NCBI GenBank assembly: GCA_030390025.1
Contig: JASTWF010000326.1
Span: 1-64,000 of the forward strand
DNA from: Squalus acanthias
Taxonomy: Eukaryota
Direction: 5' to 3'
Length of the DNA: 64,000 bases
In this document: positions 53,101-64,000 of the stretch, in pieces
Position numbering within the stretch: position 1 is the first letter of the stretch
Layout of the letters: the number at the start of each line of letters is the position of its first letter
Translations under genes and position numbers: made by a program
The notes under the pieces: model-generated
The model's input: the letters and a program-made list of their open reading frames with translations, nothing else
The model's database searches: none
What the model was told of the DNA's origin: nothing

Positions 53101-53574
53101 CTAGAGTCAAAAAAGAAAAGAAATAGCAAATAAATAAAGTGGCTTTTTCACAAAATCAGATGTCACTTATCTATCCCATTTAGTATCCTGAATTTGTCTG
53201 AGCAATTTTGATTGTTAGTTTAAATCACTGGAGTATTATGTTCAAAAGTTTGCTGAAACAAAAAGGCTTCTCCCACTGATGGTTGCTAATGGTCACAGCT
53301 TAGTCTGAAGCATGTAATAGACTGAACTGCAAGATCACCCAATTTGTCAGATGTGGATCTAAAAGGCTTGAATAAGTGAGGAAAAGAAAGTGTGCCTTGG
53401 GATATACTGAGGTCTACTGAGGAAGGAATAGAAGGATATGCTGATAGGGTTAGATGAAGTAAGATGGGAGGAGATTTGTGTGGAGCATAAACACCAGCGT
53501 AGCCTTACTGGGCTGAATGGCCTGTTTCTGTGCTGTAAATTCTATGTAGTTACCTTGATTATGCTTCGGCCCAC

Positions 53575-54838
53575 CCTGTTTCCTGTAAGACCACTCCCTT
53601 CTCCCAGTTTTTCATCACCTCTGCTCGACAATGTCACCTTTCACACCAGATCTTCCAAAATATTTTACTTTTCCCTCAATTGGGATTTCCCCCCAATGTA
53701 GTAGACAGGGACCTCGACTGTGTCTGTCTCATTTGCCGCACTTCCGACCTCCCCCTTTCTCCTCCCTCCCAGAACCATGGTGGGGACCCCCCTTATCCTT
53801 GCCTTCCACCCCACCACCCTCTGCATTCAACAGATTATCCTCCGCCATGCCTGTCGCCTCCAGCGCAAACCCACTAATGAATACATTTACCCCTCCCCTT
53901 TCAGCACTCCAAAGTGACTGTCCCCTCCATGACACCCTGGTCCACTCCTCCATCACCCCAATACCTTCCCATGCAAGCGAAGGAGATGCAACACCTGTCC
54001 TTTCACATCCTCCCTTACCGCCATCCAGGGGCCAAACACTCCCTCCAGGTGAGACAGTGATTTACTTGTACTTTTTCCAGCCTAGCATACTGTATTCGCT
54101 GCTCACGATGTCGTCTCCTCTGCACAGAGAATATCAAACGCAGATTAGGTGATCACTTTGCCGAACACCTCCATTTTGTCCACAAATGTGACTGAGCTTT
54201 TGGTCGTTTGCCACTTGAATTCTGCATCCCACTCGGACATCTCTGCCCTTGGCCTCTTACACTGTTCCAATGAAGCTGAATGCAAGCTCGAGGAACAGCA
54301 CCTCACTTTTCTATTCGACACTTTACAGCCTTCTGGCCGTAACATTGACTTTAACAACTTTTTCTTTTGGACAGAAGGTATGGGTTCATCAGAGCTACTG
54401 AGAATGGGGTAGGTGTGGGCTGATGTCTGGGATGGGGATCCCCTCGACACGGTTGGCGGGCTGGTCCACATCCCTTGTGTCCACCTGCATTTCTTCCACC
54501 ACGTTCTTCAGCTACGGGAGCCTTCTCTGTTTTTCCAGGTATTCCACGCTTCTCTCCCCCTCTACTATTCTGCTGTAACCATTCACACATCTTTCATTTC
54601 TCTAATTACCTCCTTTTGCCTTCTGTCATTTAATCATCTCCTGCCCCCGACCCAATCACGGATCTTTATTTTTTTCTGCCCTCTTTTCCCTGGCTCTCTA
54701 CCTGCTTTTAAGCGGTTCATCTGTAACATCTTCCAGTTCTGATGAAAGGTCATTGACCTGCAATGTAAACACTCTGATTCTCTCCCCACAGATACTGGCT
54801 GACCTGCTGGGTGTTTCCAGAATTTTCTGTTTTTATTC
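53575..54838 (+). mobile_element. Decayed Penelope-like element (family B): ORF 3' part and terminal repeat
   Basis: VVCHLNSASHSDISALGLLHC...KLEEQHLTF...LQPSGRNIDFNNF GIY-YIG C-terminus; terminal repeat matches 49065-49135. Confidence 0.8.
54736..54770 (+). ncRNA. Hammerhead ribozyme remnant (family B), core mutated
   Basis: GUU-CUGAUGA-A-AGGUC(AUU)GACCU-GCAA-UG-UA-AAC; GAAA changed to GCAA, probably inactive. Confidence 0.6.
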
Positions 54839-56163
54839 TATTAGCATTGACAGATCTAAGGAGCAGCCAGGCTAAAAGACCAGTAAATTTTCACTTCTGG
54901 TACCTGCAACACAAAGAAATTTTCCAACCCTCTCGCGCCCGCCCCCCTAACACCCCTCCCCAAGAGACCTTTCAGACCATCAGAAGCATTGCTGCAATTT
55001 ACAGATACTGTATGCATTTAATGCGATCAATCAAGACATTAACTGGTGTTAATCTAATTAAGATTAAATGGAAAGATATTGACCACCCAAATCTCCCTTA
55101 TTATCCTCTCAGTGAGCCAATGTAATCCATTAACAGTAATGTCTCCAGATATTAGGCACTGAGTGGAGGTCAGTAAAGCCAAAGGCTTTTAAGCCAAACA
55201 GTGTACATCTTGCCAAAGCCATAAATTGTTTGCAAAGTGGTTTAAAGATCAGTAAGGCACTTTGGTAAGAGGAAAGCATAATTTATTTAATTGTGCAGAT
55301 ACATTCAAGGGTCTTGTGATGGAAAGAACAAAAAGACATAAAATGCAATACTTATACAAATGGTGACCCATTGACCAACAGTTAAAGGCCTGACTACTGT
55401 CATCATAAATCTATGTACAGAGTAAAGGGAGCAGAGAGATGATCAAATAAAGCAAGTAAAAGCCTTTCTCTAAAGGTTACATCTTTGAAACTAGTCAATA
55501 TGCCCATTAGAAAAAGTGCACTTCAGATTACGCTGCAAACTTTGCAAGCTCATAAATCCTAATAATTCACTTTAAATGCAACAATTTTAACATCTGAGGA
55601 AATATCTTATAACATATTTAAGTGCTGCAAGGTACATCATGTACAGTACAATTTGCACAATGCAATATCTAGGACAGGAAAACCTTACAGGAATTTGCAA
55701 TTTATAACTACAGTTCACCGTTAAAGTCGAGCTCCAATAGTCAAAATCATGCTCCTATTTTCTCATGTTAATTTTACAAAGGTAACATTTACTTTGAAAT
55801 CTGTAACTTGTAGGCCAAGATCTTTCACTCTTCAAATAATTAATTATTTGTAGCTACTATTCATATTGATCTTGTCTTGTCATTTAAAAAAAATATTTTT
55901 TTGACAATTTTCTTCCCTTCTTTGACTAAGACGACAAAAACTGCAGCTGAGGTGCAGTTCCACAAGCGTCATCCTCCAAAACCTCACCCAAGTGAATCGT
56001 GTGTGCTAGGAGGTTCTCTCAGCATGAAGGGCATCACAGCCGAGCCCAAATCCTGTCCTCACCACCATTCAAATACACACCATTCCAGCACAGCTCACTA
56101 GATAATGGCAAAAATGAGAAGTCGCACAACACCAGGTTATAGTCCAACAGATTTATTTAATTT

Positions 56164-56200
56164 TACAAGCTTTCGGAGCGGTTCGCTCCTTCCTCAGGTA
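56164..56200 (-). ncRNA. Minimal type I hammerhead ribozyme (family A), mirror copy
   Basis: Exact reverse complement of 56204-56240. Confidence 0.8.
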
Positions 56201-56203
56201 CCC

Positions 56204-56240
56204 TACCTGAGGAAGGAGCGAACCGCTCCGAAAGCTTGTA
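56204..56240 (+). ncRNA. Minimal type I hammerhead ribozyme (family A)
   Basis: UAC-CUGAGGA-A-GGAGCG(AAC)CGCUCC-GAAA-GC-UU-GUA. Confidence 0.8.
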
Positions 56241-57327
56241 AAATTAAATAAATCTGTTGGACTATAACCTGGTGTTGTGCAACTTCTCATTTTTGTCCAC
56301 CCCAGTCCAACGCCGGCATCTCCACATCATGACCTCTAGATAATGGCAGGAGAGGGAACTGCAGCTGATTCTCCCCTCCTGGAAAGTGGCACCGAGGACA
56401 TTATTAATGTCCCTAACACTTACCTTTAGGGTTTTCTTTGAACATTTATGTTCATGACTGTTTGGCAGTTTGCATAAGCAGCGCAAGTCTCCTATGAATG
56501 AACCAAAAATGTTTGGCCTCATACAAATCATAAAATAGCATGCCCAGGATTAACCATTTTCCCTTACTTGTGTTATAAATCACTCAACATTACGTTGGCG
56601 GTCAACCACATTCTCCTGTCTTTTCCAAAAGTGGCAAATACTAGATTCAGGCCAAAGCTTTTATGCTGAAATTAACTGTCAAATTTACTTACACGTTAAA
56701 TAACAAAAAAAATACAAGATACTGAAAGTACAATTAAAGATATAATCTGCTCATAATACTCCTTTTGTAACAACATATTTTTACAGTTTAATAAGTAACA
56801 GCAATTTTGAACAAAACTAACTTTAGAAGACCTTCATTGTGTGGAGTTGTACATGAATGATGCAAATTTTCAATCCACAGAGTTCAGATTTCCAGTCAGC
56901 ACTAAAACTAAGTGACCAGAGCTGCCACTTCTGCCTTGGGAATCTTTTAAAGTTACAGCCAAGCCTTTAAAGTTAGCTCCCTACATCTTGGCATTACCAT
57001 CTTTCTTCAACTTTCATTTTAATGGTTCAGCAATAAAAGTAATTGAAATTGTGTTTTCCATGAAGAGTTAAATGTGAACATCAAGTGACTTTTGACAATT
57101 TATTTCTGATCAGAGGTGTTGTCATAGACAACAAAAAAAATCAATCTAGATCAGACATTTCATTGTCTGATTATGCAGTCAATCACATGTATTGGTCATC
57201 ATTGATATAGCTGGCTGGATCAAACTTTTAAACCATAATTACCCTGTCCATCTAAAGTCATAAAATATAAATCCCCCAAATTGTAATGGGATGAGATATA
57301 TGTTTACAGTAAAAAAAATGCTCCAGC

Positions 57328-58615
57328 ATCATAGATTCATAGAATAGTACAGCACAGAAGGAGGCCATTCAGCCCAGGTGTCAGCCATGGCTGAGTCGGT
57401 AGCACTCTTGCCTCTGTGTCAGAAAGTTGGGGGTTCAAGTCCCACTCCAGAAGCTTGAGCACAAAAATCTAGGCTGACACTCCCAGTGCAGTACAGAGGA
57501 AGTGCTGCACTGTCAGAGGTGTCTTCTTTTGGATGAGACGTTAAATCAAGGCCCCGTCTGCTCTCACATATGGACCTAAAATATCCTATTGCATTATTTT
57601 GAAGAAGAGCATTGGAGTTATCTCCGGTGTCCTGGCCAATACTTATCCCTGAATCAACATCAAAAACAGATTTTACGGTCATTATCACATTTCTGTTTGG
57701 GGAAGCTTGCTGTGCACAAATTGGCTGCCACATTTCCTACATTACAACAGTGACTACACTTCAAAAAAAAAGTACTTAATTGGCTGTAAAGCACTTTGAG
57801 ACATCCTGAGGTTGTGAAAGGCACTATATAAATGCAAGTCTCCGCCGGCTCTTTAGAAGAACAATCCAGTTAGTCTCACTCCCTGGCTCTTTCTCAATAT
57901 CCCTGCAATTTTTTCTCTTTCAAGTATTTATCCAATTCTATTTTGAAAGCTACTATTGAATCTGTTTCCACCACCCTATCAGACAGTGCATTACAAATCC
58001 TAACCACTCGTTGTGTAAAAAACTTTTCCCTCAGGCTACCTCTGGTCCTTTTGCCAATCACCTTAAATCTGTGCCCTCTGGTTATCTACCTTTCAGCCAT
58101 TGGAAACAGTTTCTCTTTATTTACTCTATCCAAATCCTTCATGATTTTAAACACCTCTATCAAATCTCCTCTTAGCCTTCTCTGCTCAAAGGAGAACAAC
58201 CCCAGCTTCTCCAGTCTATCCACATAACTGTAAACCCTCATCCCTGGAACCATTCTAGTAAATCTCTTCTGTACCCTCTCCAAAGCCTTCATGTCTAAAG
58301 TGTGGTGCCCAGAATTGGACACAATACTCCAGCTGGGGCCGAACCAGTGTTTTATAGGTTTAGCATAACTTCCTGGCTTTTGTACTCTGTGCCTCTATTT
58401 ATAAAGCCCAGGATCCCATATGCTTTATTAACTGCTTTGCTAACCTGTCCTGCCACTTTCAAAGATTTGAGCACAAACACCCTCAGGTGTCCCTGTTCTT
58501 GCACCCCCTTTAAAATTGTTACATTTAGCATGTATTGTCTCTCCTCATTCTTCCTACCAAAATGTATCACCTCACATTGATCACTCCTGCATTGAATTTC
58601 ATCTGCCATGTCCAT
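57328..58615 (-). mobile_element. CR1 LINE 3' portion with a SINE inserted in its 3' UTR
   Basis: CEVIHFGRKN, KAYGILGFINRG, ALERVQKRFTR motifs. Confidence 0.9.
57377..57840 (+). mobile_element. Full-length tRNA-derived SINE (Deu-type body, L2-like tail)
   Basis: A box TGGCTGAGTCGG, B box GGTTCAAGTCC, tail GAAAGGCACTATATAAATGCAAGTC similar to L2 3' ends in this window. Confidence 0.85.
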
Positions 58616-59366
58616 ATAGTGCAAGTAGTTGCAGTAAATATATATTTGTGTCAAGATTTCTCCATAAACTGCAAATTTTTGTTACCATGATAATCAGTTC
58701 TAATATGTTTTATGCATCATCTATAAAAGAATCATCTTCAGAAAATCTATCTAAAGGTAAAATGTTTATCAGACATCAAATAAATCATTGGCTCAAAAAA
58801 CATTTGCTGGAATGCAATATAAATTCACCATTGACCTGTGCCATCAAATAGAAGGCACATTCTGAAAAAAAAATGCAGGTCAGTTTGTGAATAGACAACA
58901 TTTAGAGTCAAAGGTATCTTTTGAGAAGTTCTGCAGATTTTAAAACAACATGCTATATATTTCGACAATTTATCCTGCAATTCTAATATTAAGGGCTAAG
59001 TAGAGAAATACGTAACAAGGAAGCCTATTTTCTATCAAACGACTTATTTTCAGACAATCACGGTTAGCATTTGCCCTTCAGTATAGTATATAGAAGTTAA
59101 TGGGCAGAATTGACATTTCCTTACTGCATTGTACTTCCTACATTTCTTTTCATTTAAGCAAAATATTGTCTGTTGAAGCTAGGGGATTTTATGTAACATT
59201 TTCACAAAACTTCAGCTCCCCCAGCAAAAATAAATTGTTTTATGCTAAATACAAATATTTTCTTGAGTTATGGTGAGCTCGTGTTTACATGGAGCTTCAA
59301 GAAACCTATATTGAGGTTTTTGCGTGGTTACAAAGCAGACCCAGTGCTGTTGTCATGGATTGGAGT

Positions 59367-60755
59367 TGTTATGTATTTTTTTTTAAATCATCCTTCCAAT
59401 ATTTGTAACTAATTTTACCATTTCACAGGGCATCTGGTCTATGGCACCCCACCATTGGCAAACATCGATAACCTACAAATTCTTATGCGTGTAAGCTTCG
59501 CAAAATTCCCCAGAAACTCGTATAGAACCCTAAAAGGGGTGATTTTTGGATTTTTCCTACGAATTTGGGATGATGGGACCGAAGTGAAGTGATTTGAGGT
59601 AAAAACCTCAGTTTTGGACATTTTAAAGATCAGGGAAGAAAAACTCTGAGGAAAAATGACTTTTGAAAATGACTATGGGGAAAAACACCTTTCACAGACC
59701 CAAGACAGGCTGCGAAGGGGTGTGGCGAGGCAGTGAACAGCTTTTGGAGTCAAGCTGTCTGGAATTTGTTTGCACTGCAATTCAGGCAGGAGGAAGAACC
59801 TCACCCAAAACCTCACAACACATCCAAAATTGAATAATTCAAGACACCTTTTGAAAATCCCCAGGCCCAGTCAAGAAACCCAAAACACGAGGACAATGCA
59901 AACTCCGATTAAACAACAGATCGACAGGATGGAGAACCACTTCACACATTTACAAAACCAGTTAACATGCTAGTAAAGTCGTTACTGTTAACGAGGTCTT
60001 ACAATGACCAGGATTTGATTTGGTTTTGACAAGGCCACTTCAATTTAGTATAATTGAAGGCCCATCAAGCAGTTACAGCAGTTCAGTAAGAAGGGAGTTC
60101 AAGTTCAACAGAAGGCAGTTCTGCAGTTCAATTTTAAAAAGCCTGTGTTGAACAGAAGTCAGGGCTGGAGTAACAGAGTTCAGGACAAGCAGGCGGAAGG
60201 CAGTTTCCACAGTTCTGCAAGAAGGCAGTTCCACAGCTCGGAAGAAGACAGTTTAAACAGAGGCAGAGTTACAGCAAGAAGTTCAACAAAGAAGGCCAAC
60301 AACTTCACAAGCAGACCAACACGCAAGAAACCAGAGCAACTGCCTCAGCGACCATCGGACACCTCGCGGCAACAAGGGCCTTACGAAACCTTTTACTCAA
60401 AAGACTCTAAACCCTAACTCTAAACTGTCAAGGATTCGTTTGGTGAGCATTATCCCTGGTTCTCCAGAGTCTAACCTAGCTAGTGAAGTGGGATTGGGAG
60501 GGGTGAAGTATTCTTCTAATGTTATTTCCCTCGCTTGTACCGAAGTGTTCCCCACCTTTAGAGTGATAAGAGTGTTTGTGTTGTGTTTTACTTCCTTGAA
60601 TAAAATTCAAAATTCTTTCATCCAAACCTGTTGTCTACTGCATCTTTGTTCACAACCCCCAAATAAGTCCAAGGTCTAGAACCAGGGGCGTGGGAGTGAT
60701 TCGAACCGCTCACTGAGTCAGAGGTGAGGCTGACCCCACACACCACCCCCTAACA
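59367..60755 (+). mobile_element. Putative solo LTR (~1.4 kb)
   Basis: TGTTA...TAACA termini, internal short tandem repeats, AATAAA ~60599; no TSD found, left boundary uncertain. Confidence 0.5.
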
Positions 60756-61129
60756 TGCAATGTTGTTTACTTCTGTCTGATCCACTAAGCATCATTGATG
60801 TCAACAGAAACAGGTGCTTGACTGCCTATTCACGTCACTATGCTATGTAAAAAGAGAAAAGTATCAGCAGTAAGTAGCCATAAACAATGACAAATAAAAG
60901 TAGGAAACAAAACACAGAAAAAATATTGCAGCATTTTTGATGTTTGCCCTTGATACACCAACCTGAAAATCTATTGATAAGGCATTGTGCAGCAGTGAGC
61001 TGAAGTCTGTTCCTTCTCTAGTTTCTCTCAGAAGCCCATTTGCTGTGTCTTCATCACCTCTAGATTCACTGTTCCAAAGTTCTCCTGGCCAGCATCCCAT
61101 TTTCTATCCTCCATAAGCTTCAGATCATC

Positions 61130-61580
61130 CATAACTCTGCTACCCGTATCGATGCTGCACCCAAGTCCTCATTGACGTTCACTGGCTCCCAGTTCCCCAA
61201 TAATTCAAACTTAAAATTTTCATCCTTGTGTTTAGATTCCTCCATGGCCTCGCCCTTCCCTATCTCTGAAACCTCCTCCAGCCCGACAATCCCCACCCCA
61301 ATCTCTCCATTACACTGAGTCAGGCCTAGTGTTTACGCACTTCCCTTTGCCCCACCGTTGGTGGCCGTGCGTTCAGCTATCTAAACTACATGCTCTGGAA
61401 TTTCATCCCTAAACCCCTCTACCTCTCTTCATTTAAGGCCCTTCTTAAAACCATCCCTTTTGACCAAGCATTTGGTCAACCCTCCCAACATCCACTTCCT
61501 TGGCTCAGTATCCATTTCTTTGATTATGCCTCTGTGAAGCTCCTTTTTTTGCATTAAATGCACTATATAAATGCTCGTTC
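61130..61580 (+). mobile_element. L2-type LINE 3' end, decayed
   Basis: HWLPV...FKLKIFIL, GGRAFSY, WN motifs and CACTATATAAATGC tail. Confidence 0.75.
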
Positions 61581-63259
61581 TTTTTGCAAATTATTGGCAG
61601 ATAGCAAATTTATTGATTAGATTTGGATTGAATCACCTATGCTTCATCTATCAACATAAATATTAATCAATGTAAATTCAGAATAATGGGCATTGGTGCA
61701 GTCTACTTTATTATTGTAAACTCTACCATTGGACCAAATTTTTTTCTTCAAATGTTTTAGAAATGTTAGTATAAAAAAGGTGTACGTGATAAACCAAAAA
61801 GAAATAGTGCACGTTGATATGTGAAAATGATTCAGTGGATGACTCAACTTTAATTAGTTATTATAGCTATGCTGAATCAAGAAGCAGGTGGAATAAACAG
61901 ATGACTATGTCAAGGTGCACCATAGGGTGTTGGGAGGGATGTTAGAATTAAGTGAGACAGGTGATGAATTGGAAGTAGAACAATAAGGCGAGGGAGGATC
62001 AGAACCATTGTGTTAGCAGGTGGTGAAAATAATGAGTTGATAATACCATCTACTGTAGCATCTCAGAATCATATTCGGCCCATCATGTCTGTGCTGGCAC
62101 TTTGAAAGAGCTATCACTGCATAAAAAAATGGTGCTTTTCAATTCTATCATCGGGTTCAAAGACTGCTTTCTCTTATTTTGAGGTATATACACTGCAACA
62201 CCCAGGTAATGCTGTAAAAGGAAATGGCCTTTGAACCCTGGAACTCATTAGGGAATATTAAAATATTAAAGATAGATAACTGCAGCCACTCATTAACCAA
62301 TAGCTGGGGGGGTGGTGGGGTCGAAACACATTCATGAATACAAAACTTGTTTATCCAAACACTGGAAAATTCCACCAAAAACATTTTAGAATTTATCTTT
62401 ATTTATTTTGGTTTGGTCATTAGGATTTAAATATTACAGAAAAATTGATCATTTTCCAGTTCTTTTACCAAAGATAATTTGTTCAATAAGTCAGTGCTGA
62501 CCCTGTATTAAGGTAGACTGTTGGGGTACAGTAAAGAAAACTTTATTCTGCATTTGGTTGAGATTGGACATAAGAACTGGAAAAGTAATCCATCTCCCAG
62601 AAATATTTTAACAATATTTGAACAAAAATTGATCACCCTGACACAGAGCTTTTAATTTAATTTGATGGACGTTAAATTATTGAGGGGGGGGGGGGGGCAA
62701 AATTTCTCTTGCGACTGCTAGAGCATTGAATATTAATTTTTTTGTATACTTTTAGGAAATTTTCCCAATCAGCTACAGCATCAACAGTGACAGTGTCGAG
62801 GCAAAAGAAAAAGCAAGACAAAGACATGAGGCCACTGAAGCAGACAGCGTAAATGAGTTCAAGACGTAAACAGATCTATTGATCTCTTGAGCCAAAAGAA
62901 AAGAGCACCACTCGACCGAAACATCACTAAGCCAACTTGAAACAGACAGCAGCACAGATATACACACCATGGGAGACTTTGACATTTGAATTTGAGGAGA
63001 AAACACAGGGTGAGTCATAGAGCACTGGCAGTAGGTTATGAGGAGCCAATTAATGCAGCACACTGCATGCCCCTCCTGAGTTGCACGAGCTTCCACACTG
63101 AGGCTGGTATAGTACCACACCCTTGTTGAGGAATCTCTTGCTTCCTGTCACATTACTGCAGGGTGATCAAAATCACTGCATAGGAGTCCAACACCAGCAT
63201 CGTCAGAGAGGAAAGATTATCTGCATGGAAGTCTGCCATTCAGCATAAGGTAATACCAC

Positions 63260-64000
63260 AGAGTCATAACGGCACAGGAGGCCGCCATTCGGCCCATCAA
63301 GTCCATGCCAGCTCTCTGTAGAGCAATCCAGTCAGTCCCATTCCCCCGCTCTATCCCCGTAGCCCTGCAAGTTTATTTCCCTCAAGTGCCTATCCAGTCT
63401 CCCCTTGAAAACATTGAGTGTCTCCGCTTCCACCACTTCCGTCAGCAGCGAATTCCAGGTCATCACCACTCTCTGCGTAAACATTTTTTTCCTCACGTGC
63501 CCCCTGTATCTCTTGCCCAAAACCTTAAATCTGTGTCCCCTAGTCCTTGTACCATCAACTAGTGGGAACAGCCTTTCCCCATCTAGCCTATCCAAACCCG
63601 TCATAATCTTGTACACCTCTATCAAATCACCCGTCAACCTCCTTTGCTCTAATGAAAACAAATCCAGCTTCTCCAACCTGTCCTTGTAGCTAAGATACCC
63701 CATCCCTGGAAACATTCTGGTAAATCTCCTCTGCACCCTCTCAAGGGCCTTCACATCCTTCCTAAAGTGTGGTGACCAGAACTGGATGCAATACTCCAGT
63801 TGTGGCCTAACCAGTGCTTTATAAAGGTTCAGCATAACTTCTCTACTTTTGTACTCAATACCTCTATTTATGAAGCCCAAGATCCCATATGCTTTGTTAA
63901 CCACTCTCTCAATATGTCCTGCTACCTTCAGGGACCTATGCACATTAACTCCCAGGTCCCTCTGTCCCTGCACACTCTTTAAAACTGTGCCATTAAGTGT
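63260..64000 (-). mobile_element. CR1 LINE 3' portion, young subfamily, runs off window end
   Basis: Open 213-aa RT C-terminal ORF near-identical to the 16938-17513 ORF. Confidence 0.95.

Larger units (their letters stand above)
56111..56335. mobile_element. Palindromic PLE family A mini-insertion
   Basis: 92-bp inverted arms (56109-56200 / 56204-56295, 1 mismatch, CCC spacer), 13-bp TSD CTAGATAATGGCA (56098-56110, 56336-56348). Confidence 0.9.

Noticed and set aside
57385..57450. tRNA gene
   Set aside because: A and B boxes belong to a SINE head that continues into SINE body and tail
1..64000. CRISPR array or prokaryotic defence system
   Set aside because: No repeat-spacer array or operon structure; content is vertebrate repeats

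Overview
Repeat-rich vertebrate genomic DNA, most likely from a cartilaginous fish (inferred from its CR1, L2, RTE, Penelope and Deu-type SINE content). There is no intact protein-coding ORF: nearly all long ORFs are LINE fragments, their antisense shadows, or a 24-bp minisatellite. The window looks like intron sequence of a large minus-strand gene I cannot name. Evidence for that gene is one good 102-nt exon whose acceptor doubles as a recursive-splicing-type AG|GTAAGT site, plus a textbook 6-nt microexon. The most striking structure is a set of Penelope-like-element (PLE) ends from two families carrying minimal type I hammerhead ribozymes. Several are ~200-bp, TSD-flanked, near-perfect palindromes whose breakpoints cluster at the ribozyme. 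Also present: deep TE nests, a pogo/Tigger-like MITE with an apparent TATA duplication, a hAT-like element with a 6-bp TSD, and two solo-LTR candidates. All family assignments come from motif recognition, not database searches, and most TE boundaries are approximate.
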